Shown in pieces: positions 11,701-20,867 of a stretch of DNA of 64,000 bases; position 1 is the first letter of the stretch, and the number at the start of each line of letters is the position of its first letter. Below the pieces are notes generated by a model. The model had not been told where the DNA came from and made no database searches. It saw only the letters and a list, made by a program, of their open reading frames with translations. The position numbers and the translations under genes were made by a program. Source of the DNA: an uncultured Alphaproteobacteria bacterium (GTDB lineage: Bacteria; Pseudomonadota; Alphaproteobacteria; Rs-D84); NCBI GenBank assembly GCA_937888635.1, contig CALARG010000004.1:7193-71192 (forward strand), written 5' to 3'.

Positions 11701-12921
11701 GCGGGTAAGTATGTTGCGACCGCAGGTCAAGGCGAAGTTGACTGTCTGGCGGGTGGATATTGCGCCGGTGGAGCCAAGATAATGCGTGTCGGTAAAGGTG
11801 GACGCGAGGTATGTCCAAACGGCTATGCGTTATCTGATTCAGGGGCAGCAAGTGCACAGCAGTGCTATACAAGTTGCGCAATGGCAACCAATGCCCAAGA
11901 AATGTTCGGTCGCGACTATTATGCAAATGGTGTGGATACATGTGAAATAACACTGTGTCGCCCGGGGTATACTTTGAACGCTGGTGTGTGCGCAGTATGT
12001 CCGGCAAATAATATCTGTACACCAGATATTGAACGCGGTAAACCACAACTGTGTTCAGATCTGACAAAGGGAACACACCAGTTCGCATCGGCAGGCTCTG
12101 AAAAGATTTCTGATTGCTATCTGAAATGTGAAGCCTATGATATTACCTATGGAACGGCGATTCCTGTGTCGGGTACTGAAAATTATCCGCTGCAGTGCAG
12201 ATTTGACGGTTTGTCTGTCACCAAGAATCCGTGCGACATAGTTAACGGAACATGTGTAGAAAGATCATGTAACTATAACTATGAAATGATTGGTGGTAAA
12301 TGTCAGGCATGTGCACGCGAAAATGCATTGTCATACAAGAAAGATGGTGGCAACTGTGTTGTAGAGTCGTGTGTCAGCGGATTCCATCCAAATGGCCAGG
12401 CCTGCGAAGTTGATACCGTAGAATGTTCTGTTCCAAATGCGGTTGCGGCGACACGCGTTTGGGATGCATCAAAGCAAGCGTTTGGTGAATGTGTAATCAC
12501 AGAATGCGAGGAAGGATATCATCTGGGGGCAAATACATGTCAGGCAGATGAACAGGTCTGTGAATTAGAACATGGTATTGGTATACGCGAATGGAATCAC
12601 AAGAAAAATACATGGGGCGATTGTATCGCAACCAAGTGTGATCCAGGCTATACAAATGACCGCAGCCAGACCAATGAACTGTGGAAACAGTGCGGACGAT
12701 GCAACAATATGTACAGTGCGGGTGGCGAGTTGGCGGCCAGCAGCTATGTTGATGGTTGTGAGATTGCGACTTGTATGTACGAAGGTGAGTTGTACACACT
12801 GGAAAACAATGAATGTGTTCTGATATGCGATACCTATTCAGATGAGACGGGATCGCGCAGATGGAATGCATCACGCAAGAAGTGTGAACGCACATGTGAA
12901 CCAGGATATATGTCTTGGTAA
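5794..12921 (+). CDS. Giant secreted Cys-rich repeat protein (2375 aa) with mixed repeat modules: ephrin-receptor-like CxxCPxGxYC Cys repeats, Gly/Tyr/Trp-rich (AGYW/GYYSTGG) repeats, at least six Listeria-Bacteroides (Flg_new) repeats, four tandem ~150-aa Cys-rich modules and EGF-like Cys-rich C-terminal modules
   Basis: RBS GAGAGGG is followed by a signal peptide MNLKCLMSRISAFFASLLFMVVFATESFAA. CVACPAGYYCLGG repeats are present. Flg_new-type repeats include VSFETNGGTDVADMTCTVESADITLPTPTKTGYTFGGWYQNSALTG...YKLYAKWT, found twice almost identically at nt 7237-7690. Repeated CYLTTTAGKYVATAGQGEVECLAGGYCAGG modules lie at roughly nt 10320-12000. A rho-independent terminator follows the gene. Confidence 0.8.
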   Translation: MNLKCLMSRISAFFASLLFMVVFATESFAAMYLPGQVIEKFNYISNVTFTAQYTAVVCDAGTYLPEGGEECVACPAGYYCLGGGAPVVCPAGRYCLSGTQSANGSGLVAAGYYSTGGAKVQNPQFAEDCVGDGNACGLIDAGYWGAAGATTSTGSGKVAAGYYNLGGGTSATPEVRGKGCVNVSTTQCGTVAPGYWGEAGATRYGGSGAVAPGYYSTGGATSRTPSASGCAGKVAIIENGKLMGASDVDNTCGQVQAGYWNNACGINATGGVCSAEYQGGVIAAGHWGTVGATDSAGSGLLTPGYYSTGGATIEFPDPNQCVGNNTCGAVAAGYWNNGGGTSANGTCVSGKSCGQVNAGYYSTGGGTSATPTAAGNGCLANKSCGTCANWTYSGAGAASCTACPAVESGYAKLDSTGTGWTTYQKCVEIATESPENCASGKLQKIPTASGATTWATATVNANNPLVAKPGYIVSGTACLSEGYVVSFETNGGTDVADMTCTVESADITLPTPTKTGYTFGGWYQNSALTGNAVSVIAKGTCTSAYKLYAKWTVIERKITLNANGGTIVGGSSATPSACTVETADITLPKPTKTGYTFGGWYQNSALTGTAVTKIAKGACLSDYTLYAKWTVNTYTVTLDANGGTGGDTSVTATYGELLPAISALPSQDGYDFNGYWSAKTGGVQYYNMSGAAIEKWSTDAAGTLYAQWAAKGTCAAGTYYNEETGAVETCPAGSYCAGGTWGNDGNNCAIAKCPSDYPNSVAGASEEGQCYKASPKCWCSHDEAECASKGANSCMYNDVRFQGVTYKSNPDMCVAAPGSSDNTYCEIIKVSCKAGTYYTPTGDIEDGSCVSCATLGDGSFKTSYPSLVKYVADSDTGSTACFKSVDLPCTAPVCPLSGTGVCAYDASHSILGGGYLFYGTDEPLPGSAAAYVCPNASFTCNTGYDKNENADIDPTDGSASVPEELCTPHVYTFTLDPNGGETAVGKIYEKYSVGWYSNEAATAKITKVAVPVRPGYTFAGYYTKMTALEGAVPVIGVAGNILDEPDVAADAVLYAWWQVNTYTVKYNAAGASGTMDSVVHTCDEPLNLTPNAFTSATNDQQFMGWATEPNAATPEYTDGQKVVNLTLVNNAVVTLYPVWKACTACAAGKGATCSLTAPVGVCTYTTACAANYENLQNAGKYNPTCSAVKYAVNMETNGGEISSDYTMVSQCTVESGVIVLPTAAQISREDYRFEGWYDNVATTGSAISSIPAGGCTTNKTLYAKWVINVEMCQPGMYYNGTSFVACPKGYYCPGEGKVTMGVAGCRTVCPSGYDDGGTGYSDESQCQISVPQGSYLATAKGTNTTVCPAGKYTSGAVLVSYGDTSSCASCEAGNYCSNGTKRSCATETDGVFASSVANSDNINDCYTVTVAGKYIADNAVKTCVVPYYCPGDIKVSYGNSGGNLSCADLSDDVTWQSGVTASGASTPDKCYVVVADGKYWNGDAFATCKAGTYKTEHNVYYGQKSSCATCPAGYTSEAGASECYLTTTAGKYVATAGKGEVECKAGDFCPGGVKVMVSGVGGNTACKTLAGGKYSMSAAGTKSADMCYTESCALATNATTMSGKDYYGASVADTCVATLCKAGFTVVGGACSVCPANNVCNPAKDAGKPYTCSELTGGVYTKSAAQTGTVDNCYLTTTAGKYVATAGQGEVECLAGGYCAGGVDVKRTGTGGREACPAGYAMSGTGASEINQCYANCAMYSHATQMAGKDFYGTGVDTCEAVECETGFVLANGTCGSCPANSVCDPNYDGGKPHTCSELTNGKYTLSLENSSSIDACYTITTPGKYVAVAGQGEVACKVGDYCLGGVKVMYTATGGNSACSAFGAGYSSDVGASVETQCYQRCALAANATQMSGRDYYGTDATDTCAVASCVSGYTVAGGVCSVCPADHVCDPAKDNGAPHTCSELTDGVYTKSAMQNGSVDNCYLITTAGKYVATAGQGEVDCLAGGYCAGGAKIMRVGKGGREVCPNGYALSDSGAASAQQCYTSCAMATNAQEMFGRDYYANGVDTCEITLCRPGYTLNAGVCAVCPANNICTPDIERGKPQLCSDLTKGTHQFASAGSEKISDCYLKCEAYDITYGTAIPVSGTENYPLQCRFDGLSVTKNPCDIVNGTCVERSCNYNYEMIGGKCQACARENALSYKKDGGNCVVESCVSGFHPNGQACEVDTVECSVPNAVAATRVWDASKQAFGECVITECEEGYHLGANTCQADEQVCELEHGIGIREWNHKKNTWGDCIATKCDPGYTNDRSQTNELWKQCGRCNNMYSAGGELAASSYVDGCEIATCMYEGELYTLENNECVLICDTYSDETGSRRWNASRKKCERTCEPGYMSW

Positions 12922-12945
12922 TGTGCAAGGAATCAAGGAAGGAAA

Positions 12946-12972
12946 AACCCGCCAATTGGCGGGTTCTTTGTT
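12946..12972 (+). terminator. Rho-independent terminator downstream of giant gene 1
   Basis: cccgccaattggcggg hairpin plus a T-run. A second hairpin, aatcccaattaagggatt, lies in the convergent region (terminator of the minus-strand ORF). Confidence 0.7.
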
Positions 12973-13000
12973 ATAAAAAAAATCCCAATTAAGGGATTGG

Positions 13001-13264
13001 TTATTTGGCGCCCTGGGTGCGCGCAGAATGCAGCGCGTGTCGCAATGCCTGTTCGGCAATTTGGCGAATTTTTGGTGCGAATGTGCGCATGTTCATTGTG
13101 TCAGCAACAGTGTTGCCAAACAAGCGCGCGATATATTCAATTTGTGTTGGTGCGATAATGTAAACATCACTGGTGATATCTTTTGGATTTAAGTTATGAA
13201 TTTGTTCTTGCATAATGCTAATTCCCCCTGCTTTGCCATGGTATTTTATCAGATTTTTTTGCAT
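13001..13264 (-). CDS. Small hypothetical protein (87 aa)
   Basis: ORF between convergent terminators and the secA promoter region. No recognisable motif; coding status is uncertain. Confidence 0.3.
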   Translation of the reverse strand: MQKNLIKYHGKAGGISIMQEQIHNLNPKDITSDVYIIAPTQIEYIARLFGNTVADTMNMRTFAPKIRQIAEQALRHALHSARTQGAK

Positions 13265-13363
13265 TTTGCACTTGTTTAATTTAAATAATGTTATTATATC
13301 ATAAAGTGATTGACCGAAAGGTGCAAAGTTGCTATATATTGCGTGATAAAATAAGGAAGAAAA

Positions 13364-15976
13364 ATGATTAAAAATGTAATTGGTAAATTGTTAGGTTCTG
13401 CAAATGACAGATTGGTAAAAAGTTATGACAAGACGGTGTCTTTGATTAATGATTTGGAACCAAAATATCATGCAATGAGTGATGATGAATTGCGTGCGCA
13501 AACAGTATCCCTGCGCGAGCGTTTAATTGCAGGTGAACGCGAAAAAGATATTTTGCCAGATGCCTTTGCTTTGGTGCGCGAGGCATCGGTGCGTACGATT
13601 GGGTTGCGCCACTTTAATGTTCAGATGATTGGCGGTATGGTGTTGACCAATGGCCAGATTGCAGAAATGAAAACCGGTGAAGGTAAAACGTTGGTTGCGA
13701 CATTGGCTATGTTTTTAAAGGCACTGCATGGTAAAGGTGCACATCTGATTACAGTAAATGATTATTTGGCGTCGCGCGATGCAAACTGGATGGGGGAAAT
13801 TTATCGTTTCTTAGGTCTGACAGTTGGGATTGTTCAACATGATATGACCGATGAAGAAAGACGCGCTGCCTATGCGTGCGATATCACATATGTGACAAAT
13901 TCAGAGTTGGGTTTTGACTATCTGCGCGATAATATGAAATTCAGCAAGGCACAACAGGTATTGCGGCCGTTCTTTTATGCGATTGTTGACGAAGTTGATA
14001 GTATTTTGATTGACGAAGCGCGTACCCCATTGATTATTTCTGGGCCGGCCGAAGATACAAGTGAACTGTACGCCAAGGTTGATGCGGTTGTTGCCCAGTT
14101 TACAGAAAGTGATTTTAAGAAAGACGAAAAAGACCGTCATGTGACATTGACAGAATCAGGGGTTGATACGGCAACGCGTCTGTTAAAAGAAGCAAATTTA
14201 TTGATTGGGGACAATTTGTATGCATCTGAAAATGCGCCATTGGTTATGCATATTCAACAGGCGTTGTTGGCGCATCATTTGTATCAGTTGAATGTAAACT
14301 ATGTTGTACGTAATGGCGAAATCTTGATTGTTGATGAATTTACAGGTCGTGTTATGACTGGGCGTCGCTTTGGCAAGGGGTTGCACCAGGCGATTGAAGC
14401 CAAAGAACATGTACCGGTTCAGCCAGAAAACCAGACAGTATCCAGTATTTCATATCAGAATTTGTTCCGGTTGTATCCAACTTTGTCGGGTATGACGGGT
14501 ACTGCCATGACCGAGGCGGCGGAATTTGAAGAAATTTACAAGTTGCGCGTGGTTTCAATCCCAACAAATCGCCCGGTCGCGCGTGTTGACCATCATGACG
14601 AGATTTATCGTAATAAAGATGAAAAGTACGAAGCAATTTTAAAACAGATTTCAGATTGTGTCGCGCGCAAACAGCCGGTCTTGGTTGGTACTGTTTCAAT
14701 TGAAAAGTCAGAAGAATTGGCGGAAATTGTGCGTAAAAAGTTAGGGATTAATCCGGCTGTTTTGAATGCAAAGCACCATCAGTCCGAAGCAAAAATTGTT
14801 GCCCAGGCGGGTGCCCCGGGCGCAGTGACAATTGCAACGAATATGGCAGGACGCGGTACAGATATTAAGTTGGGTGGTAATGCAGAAGAATTGATTGCAG
14901 AATTAGATGCCGAGGCACCTGACTATGAAGAAAAAAAGAAAGAAATCTATTATACAATAGAAGCCAACAAAAAATTGGTTTTGGATGTTGGCGGGTTGTA
15001 TGTTATTGGTACAGAACGGCATGAATCACGCCGTATTGATAATCAGTTGCGTGGTCGTTCAGGTCGTCAGGGCGACCCAGGTGATTCTAAGTTCTTTTTG
15101 GCGTTGGATGATGATTTAATGCGTATATTTGGCGCGGCGCGTTTGCAGGGTATGTTGACAACACTGGGGTTGAAGCCGGGTGAAGCAATTACACACCCGT
15201 GGATTACAAAAGCGTTGGAAAAAGCCCAGAAACGCGTAGAAGCACGCTATTTTGAAGCGCGTAAAGAATTGCTGAAATATGACGATGTTGCAAATGAACA
15301 GCGTACGGTTATCTATAAGCAGCGTGATGATTTGATGACCAGTGAAGATTTGTCTGATTTGGCACGCGAAATGATTGGTGATGTTGTTGAACTGATTTGT
15401 GAAAACAATATTCCAGAAAAAGGGACATCGGCGGATTGGAATATTGATGGTATTCGCAATTCTATGTTGCGTGTGTTTGCATTGGATATTACCGATGTAG
15501 AACGTTGGAAGACAGATGAAAACATTACAGAACGCAAGGCGTTTGAAGTGTTGCAAAAATTGGGATTGTATCGTTTTGAACAGCAGAAACAAAAGTATGG
15601 CCCAGAATTGATGCAGTTGGCAATGCGCCAGATGATGCTGGGGGCGTTGGACAGTGTATGGAAAAAGCATTTGCAACAGATGGATTATCTGCAAAGTGCA
15701 ATTGGATTGCGTGGTTATGCCCAGAAAAATCCGTTGTATGAATACAAGCGTGAAGCACTGGATTTGTTCAAGAATACAGTGACGAACTTTAAGGTGTTCT
15801 CGGTATCAACGATTTGTCGTATGGAACTGACGCGTGAACAGGTTGATGCAACCGAGGCAGAACGTCAAAAGCATGACCAAGAACTGAATCAAGAGGCATT
15901 AAATTCGCGTCGCAATGCGCCCTGCCCGTGCGGTTCAGGTCAAAAGTTCAAACATTGCTGTGGTAAATTGCACTAA
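13364..15976 (+). CDS. secA: Preprotein translocase ATPase SecA
   Basis: DEAD-motor motifs (MKTGEGKTLVATL, DEVDSILIDEARTPLIIS) and the C-terminal zinc finger CPCGSGQKFKHCCG; 870 aa. Confidence 0.97.
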   Translation: MIKNVIGKLLGSANDRLVKSYDKTVSLINDLEPKYHAMSDDELRAQTVSLRERLIAGEREKDILPDAFALVREASVRTIGLRHFNVQMIGGMVLTNGQIAEMKTGEGKTLVATLAMFLKALHGKGAHLITVNDYLASRDANWMGEIYRFLGLTVGIVQHDMTDEERRAAYACDITYVTNSELGFDYLRDNMKFSKAQQVLRPFFYAIVDEVDSILIDEARTPLIISGPAEDTSELYAKVDAVVAQFTESDFKKDEKDRHVTLTESGVDTATRLLKEANLLIGDNLYASENAPLVMHIQQALLAHHLYQLNVNYVVRNGEILIVDEFTGRVMTGRRFGKGLHQAIEAKEHVPVQPENQTVSSISYQNLFRLYPTLSGMTGTAMTEAAEFEEIYKLRVVSIPTNRPVARVDHHDEIYRNKDEKYEAILKQISDCVARKQPVLVGTVSIEKSEELAEIVRKKLGINPAVLNAKHHQSEAKIVAQAGAPGAVTIATNMAGRGTDIKLGGNAEELIAELDAEAPDYEEKKKEIYYTIEANKKLVLDVGGLYVIGTERHESRRIDNQLRGRSGRQGDPGDSKFFLALDDDLMRIFGAARLQGMLTTLGLKPGEAITHPWITKALEKAQKRVEARYFEARKELLKYDDVANEQRTVIYKQRDDLMTSEDLSDLAREMIGDVVELICENNIPEKGTSADWNIDGIRNSMLRVFALDITDVERWKTDENITERKAFEVLQKLGLYRFEQQKQKYGPELMQLAMRQMMLGALDSVWKKHLQQMDYLQSAIGLRGYAQKNPLYEYKREALDLFKNTVTNFKVFSVSTICRMELTREQVDATEAERQKHDQELNQEALNSRRNAPCPCGSGQKFKHCCGKLH

Positions 15977-16056
15977 ATTTGTTTAGTGCAATTTATTGCG
16001 TTTTTATTTTGGTATTGTTTTCTTGCTGGTGATTTAAAGGTTAAAGGAAAGGGGTT

Positions 16057-19000
16057 ATGCAGCAATTTATTCATCTTCGTACACATTCGCGTTTTTCGGT
16101 TGGGGCAAGTACACTGACGGTTAAGGGAATACCAGGGTTGTGTCAAGGCGCGGGAATGAGTGCGTGTGCATTAACAGATACAAATCTGATGTCGGGGTGC
16201 GCCGAATTTTCAGATGTTATGCCCAAGAATAAATTGCAACCAATTATTGGGGTTGAAATAACACTAAATCATCATAATGCGGATCCAAAAATACTGCGGG
16301 CCGAGGCGTTGTCTAAAATTGTTTTGTTGGCCCAGAATCATGCCGGATATTTGAATTTGTGTGAATTGAACCGTGTGATGTATATGCGTACAGAAAATCA
16401 TCATCTGGGACCGTATATTTCTTTTGATGAATTGACCAGTCACAGTGATGGGTTGATTTGTCTGTCAGGGGCGCATTTAGGGCCGATTGGTATGGCGATT
16501 TTGAATAATCAGGATGAACTGGCCCGGGGGTATGCAAAGCGATTTTTAGAAATATTTGGCGACCGGTTTTATATGGAAATTCAGCGGCACGGTTTGGAAA
16601 ATGAGATAAAGACTGAACCGGAATTCTTGAATATTGCCCAGGAATTAAATATTCCAATTGTTGCGACAAACGATGTATGCTTTGCGTCTGATAAGGACTA
16701 TGAGCCGGCAGATGCGTTAAGTTGTGTGTTGGGACAGACCAAGGTTATTGACCCAGAGCGTCCCAGAAAATCTTCGGAACAATATTTTAAATCGTACCAG
16801 GAAATGTCTGAAATATTTTCTGACCTGCCCGAGGCGATTGAAAACACTGTTGTTATTGCACGGCGTTGTGGTTTTATGGTTAATGTGCATGAAAAACCTT
16901 TGTTGCCCCGATTTGGTGATGATTTAGAAACCGAATGTCAGATGTTGCGCGATAATACCATGAATGGGCTAAAGCGCAGATTGGAACAGCATAATATTAC
17001 AGATACTGCGCCATACTATGAACAGGCTGAATTTGAATTAGGTGTTATTATCGGTATGGGATTCCCGGGGTATTTCTTGATTGTGGCGGACTATATTGAT
17101 TGGTGCAGGAATAACGATGTTTTGACCGGCCCTGGGCGTGGTTCAGGGGCGGGTTCAATTGTGGCATGGGCACTGGGGATTACAAATGTTGACCCGTTAA
17201 AGTATGGGTTGCTGTTTGAACGATTTTTGAATCCAGACCGTATTTCTATGCCGGACTTTGACGTTGACTTTGAACCGACCGGAATTGAACGCGTTTTGGC
17301 GTATGTTTGTGATAAATATGGGCATGATTCAGTGTGTCGCATTATTACATTTGGTTCGTTGCAGGCGCGCGGTGCAATTCGCGATATTGGGCGTGTGTAT
17401 GGTATGCCCTATTCTAAATCTGATAGATTGTCAAAGTTAATTCCACAGGATGCAAAGACACTGAAAGATGCGGTTGGTATGTCAACGGAAATTCAGGATA
17501 TATTGAATAACGACGAAGATTTAAGCAAGGTTGTAACCGTCGCCGAAGAATTAGAAGGCAGTTTGCGAAACCTGGGGCAACATGCGTGCGGTGTTGTTAT
17601 TGGGGACAGACCAACAACCAAGATTGCGCCGGTCTATCGTGACCCAGCCAACCCGTTGCCGTCATGTCAATTTGATGGTAAATATTTGGAAAAGTCGGGG
17701 TTGATTAAGTTTGACTTTTTGGGATTGGAAACTTTGGTGGTGCTGAAATATGCAACACGGTTAATTCAGCAAACACGTGGGATTAACATTGACCTGGACC
17801 AAATCCCAACAGATGATGCGAAAACAATGAAATTGTGGCAACAGGGGTTGACCGAAGGTATATTCCAATTTGATGCCCCGTTTGTTCAGCAGACCCTGCG
17901 CAAGATGCATCCGACAAATTTCTTGGAAATATCGGCGTTGAATGCGTTAAATCGTCCGGGGCCAATTGCGTTTATTCCGCAATTTATTGCTCGTATGCAT
18001 GGGGAAGAAAAAATTGAATATGTGCATCCGCGCGCAGAACCTATATTAAAAGAATCATACGGCATTATCGTTTATCAAGAACAGGTTATGCAGTTGACGC
18101 GCGTTCTGGCCGGGTTTACACGTGGACAATCAGACAATGTGCGCAAGGCAATGGGTAAAAAAATCATTGCTATGTTGGATGAACTGGAAGGTAAATTCTA
18201 TGAAGGGTGCGAAAAGGAAGGAACGCTGGACCGCGCCACTGCCAAGGATTTGTGGGAAAAGTTCAAGGATTTTGCAAAATACGCATTTAATAAATCACAT
18301 GCTATCGCCTATTCAATTGTGGCAAATCAGTGCGCCTATCTAAAGGCAAACTATACTCCAGAATTTTTGGCGGCCTCTATGTCCAGTAATTTGAATGATA
18401 CCGACCAATTGGCGATATTTGTGGATGATGCCAAGACTAATTTTGGTATTCAGATTGTCGCGCCAGATATTAATCAAAGTGAATCACTGTTTACAGTGCG
18501 TGACGGTAAAATTATCTATGGATTGGCAGCACTGAAGGGGGTTGGTACGGTCGCGACAGATGCAATCGTCGCAGAACGAAATGCAAATGGTAAGTTCAGG
18601 AATTTAACAGACTTTGCAAAGCGTTGTGCGCCAATTATGAACAAGCGTATTTTAGAGGCCTTTGCTAAGACGGGTGTTCTGGATTCATTAGAGCCAAATC
18701 GGGCGCTGATTTACCTGAATGCGGATGCGATTTTATCGTATGCGGCAAAGTCAAAAGATGGTGCTAATATGCTGTCACTGTTTGCAAATACGACCGAAGA
18801 TGATGTTGACGAGGACAGGCTGCGCAAGAATTTGCCCAAGACTGACCCATGGACATTCGGGCAAAAATTGGAAAATGAATTGTCTGCGTTGGGGTTCTAT
18901 ATCTCGGCACATCCGTTGGATCAGTACAAGCACTTAATCCAACGATCTAATTTGGCAACCAGCGCAACTTTAGAGAAGATGGGCGACAGAAAACCGGTGC

Positions 19001-19464
19001 AAATTGCCGCAAATGTAAATAGTTTTGGGCGCCGCCGTACCAAGACGGGCAAGGAAATGATAACTATTAATGCGTCGGACAGCCATGGTAATATTGATGC
19101 GGTGGCATTTGGCGATGCGTCTATTGAATTTGCCCAGATATTAGCGAATGAAAATGCGGTTGTTATTTCAGGAAAAACATCAAATCGTGATGACAGGGTG
19201 TCTATATTTGTGGACTCTATTACGCCGTTGACAGAATGGGTGGCAAAAATTGCCAAGAAGTTAACACTGGACATACGGGATCAGACTGTGTTGCAGGATG
19301 TGAAAAAGGCTTTGGTTGCCCTGCCCCGTGGATATACGCGTGTAGAATTAGTCCTGCATGGCGCAGAAAAAACGGCGACTGTTGCATTGCCAGGCGGTGT
19401 TGAATTAGGGGCGACGACGGTTGCGGACTTAACAGCATTGGGTTTAAAGGTAGAGGTGGAATAA
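16057..19464 (+). CDS. dnaE: DNA polymerase III alpha subunit
   Basis: N-terminal PHP domain (IHLRTHSRFSVGAS), polymerase core motifs (FPGYFLIVADYIDW, PDFDVDF) and a C-terminal OB-fold region; 1135 aa. Confidence 0.95.
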   Translation: MQQFIHLRTHSRFSVGASTLTVKGIPGLCQGAGMSACALTDTNLMSGCAEFSDVMPKNKLQPIIGVEITLNHHNADPKILRAEALSKIVLLAQNHAGYLNLCELNRVMYMRTENHHLGPYISFDELTSHSDGLICLSGAHLGPIGMAILNNQDELARGYAKRFLEIFGDRFYMEIQRHGLENEIKTEPEFLNIAQELNIPIVATNDVCFASDKDYEPADALSCVLGQTKVIDPERPRKSSEQYFKSYQEMSEIFSDLPEAIENTVVIARRCGFMVNVHEKPLLPRFGDDLETECQMLRDNTMNGLKRRLEQHNITDTAPYYEQAEFELGVIIGMGFPGYFLIVADYIDWCRNNDVLTGPGRGSGAGSIVAWALGITNVDPLKYGLLFERFLNPDRISMPDFDVDFEPTGIERVLAYVCDKYGHDSVCRIITFGSLQARGAIRDIGRVYGMPYSKSDRLSKLIPQDAKTLKDAVGMSTEIQDILNNDEDLSKVVTVAEELEGSLRNLGQHACGVVIGDRPTTKIAPVYRDPANPLPSCQFDGKYLEKSGLIKFDFLGLETLVVLKYATRLIQQTRGINIDLDQIPTDDAKTMKLWQQGLTEGIFQFDAPFVQQTLRKMHPTNFLEISALNALNRPGPIAFIPQFIARMHGEEKIEYVHPRAEPILKESYGIIVYQEQVMQLTRVLAGFTRGQSDNVRKAMGKKIIAMLDELEGKFYEGCEKEGTLDRATAKDLWEKFKDFAKYAFNKSHAIAYSIVANQCAYLKANYTPEFLAASMSSNLNDTDQLAIFVDDAKTNFGIQIVAPDINQSESLFTVRDGKIIYGLAALKGVGTVATDAIVAERNANGKFRNLTDFAKRCAPIMNKRILEAFAKTGVLDSLEPNRALIYLNADAILSYAAKSKDGANMLSLFANTTEDDVDEDRLRKNLPKTDPWTFGQKLENELSALGFYISAHPLDQYKHLIQRSNLATSATLEKMGDRKPVQIAANVNSFGRRRTKTGKEMITINASDSHGNIDAVAFGDASIEFAQILANENAVVISGKTSNRDDRVSIFVDSITPLTEWVAKIAKKLTLDIRDQTVLQDVKKALVALPRGYTRVELVLHGAEKTATVALPGGVELGATTVADLTALGLKVEVE

Positions 19465-19465
19465 T

Positions 19466-20311
19466 ATGAAGCATATTCCTGTGTTATTGGATGCGGTGTT
19501 GGACGGTCTGGGCGATATTTCTGGCAAGACAGTTGTTGATTGTACTTTTGGTGCCGGTGGGTATTCGCGGGCCTTTTTGGCGCGTGGTGCAAATGTTATT
19601 GCGTTTGACCGCGATCCAAATGTTGTGGCGGATGCCGCCGCGCTGGCAGGTGAGTTCCCAGGGCGATTTGAATTTGTGGCGGCGCCTTTTTCAAAAATTG
19701 CAGATTTGGACAAAACGGTTGATGCGATTGTGTTTGATTTAGGGATATCTTCTATGCAGATTGATGTGGCGGCGCGAGGGTTTTCTTTTCGTATGGATGC
19801 GCCATTAGATATGCGTATGGCGCAAAGTGGTATGACCGCCCAGGATTTAATCAAAGAAAAATCTGTTGGTGAATTGGCAGAAATTCTGCGTATTTATGGC
19901 GATGTTAAAAAAGCAAATATATTGGCGCGCGCGATAAAAGAGGCGTTGCCCCAAACAACATTTGAACTGCGTGATTTAATTCATAACCCAAAGGATGTTG
20001 CGCCGGTCTTTCAGGCATTGCGTATTGCGGTAAACGATGAAATGGGCGAAGTTGAACGCGCATTGGCGGTGGTGCCTGGGTTGTTGGCAGATGGTGGCAG
20101 GTGCATATGTGTGACCTTTCATTCATTAGAAGACAGAATTGTAAAAAATACTTTTCGTACATGGACGACGCCGCGTGGAGATCCGCGTATGCCGGTGGTT
20201 GAAGATGCGCCGTTTAAGATGATAAAACCGGTTGTGCCATCACAGGACGAATTGGCAAACAATCCACGTGCCCGGTCGGCGCACATGCGGGGCGTTATAA
20301 AAACATGTTGA
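19466..20311 (+). CDS. rsmH: 16S rRNA (cytosine1402-N4)-methyltransferase RsmH
   Basis: SAM-binding motif GKTVVDCTFGAGGYSRAFL plus RsmH-specific motifs (GISSMQID, DMRM). The start overlaps the dnaE stop. Confidence 0.9.
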   Translation: MKHIPVLLDAVLDGLGDISGKTVVDCTFGAGGYSRAFLARGANVIAFDRDPNVVADAAALAGEFPGRFEFVAAPFSKIADLDKTVDAIVFDLGISSMQIDVAARGFSFRMDAPLDMRMAQSGMTAQDLIKEKSVGELAEILRIYGDVKKANILARAIKEALPQTTFELRDLIHNPKDVAPVFQALRIAVNDEMGEVERALAVVPGLLADGGRCICVTFHSLEDRIVKNTFRTWTTPRGDPRMPVVEDAPFKMIKPVVPSQDELANNPRARSAHMRGVIKTC

Positions 20312-20357
20312 CCGTCTGTGTTGATTTTTTGTACGATTTTATAAAAGGAAGAAAGGA

Positions 20358-20855
20358 ATGAGTAAGTTATTTGTGGCATTATCGGCTTTTTTGTGTGCAA
20401 TTTGCGCGGCAGATGCGGTCTGCCCGGTGTGCACAATTGCGGTTGGTGCAGGACTGGAAGGGGCGCGCCTGTTAGGGGTTGATGATGTTATTACCGGTAT
20501 TTGGGCGGGTGGATTGACATTGTCTTTGTATTTCTGGACGGTTGGTTGGCTGAAAAAGCGTGGTGTTAATAATTTCTGGTGGCAGATTGTTGTGCCTTTT
20601 GTAGTGTACTATGCGTTATTGGGGATGGTTTATTTGATGCCAGGGGTTGATTTTGGGGCGGTGACCTTGTGGGGGATTGATAAATTCTTGTTAGGGGTGA
20701 TTGTTGGTACGGTCGCGTTCTATTTCGGGGCGCGTTGGTATGTAAAGATAAAACGCAATAATGGCGGTCGTGCAATGTTCCCTTTTCAAAAGGTTGTTGT
20801 GCCGTTGTCGTTATTGGCGGTTATGACGGCGGTGTTTTGGTTTATAACTAAATAA
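20358..20855 (+). CDS. Hypothetical integral membrane protein (4 predicted TM segments, N-terminal CPVC motif)
   Basis: Hydrophobic segments are spread through the whole ORF. It sits where ftsL/ftsI would follow rsmH in a canonical dcw cluster. Confidence 0.5.
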   Translation: MSKLFVALSAFLCAICAADAVCPVCTIAVGAGLEGARLLGVDDVITGIWAGGLTLSLYFWTVGWLKKRGVNNFWWQIVVPFVVYYALLGMVYLMPGVDFGAVTLWGIDKFLLGVIVGTVAFYFGARWYVKIKRNNGGRAMFPFQKVVVPLSLLAVMTAVFWFITK

Positions 20856-20867
20856 TGGTGGGTTGTA

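Noticed and set aside
5939-12955. Numerous minus-strand and alternative-frame ORFs of 60-210 aa inside giant gene 1 (for example 8524-9153, 9395-9985, 11693-12088, 12497-12955)
   Set aside because: They lie antisense or out of frame within a single long, well-supported secreted-protein ORF. Their translations are low-complexity His/Pro/Cys/Leu-rich strings typical of antisense reading of Gly/Ala/Thr-rich coding DNA, and they have no RBS or motifs.
19220-19854. Minus-strand ORFs overlapping the dnaE 3' end and rsmH (19220-19474, 19281-19592, 19444-19854)
   Set aside because: They are antisense to strongly supported dnaE and rsmH. They have no start context and their amino-acid composition is implausible.
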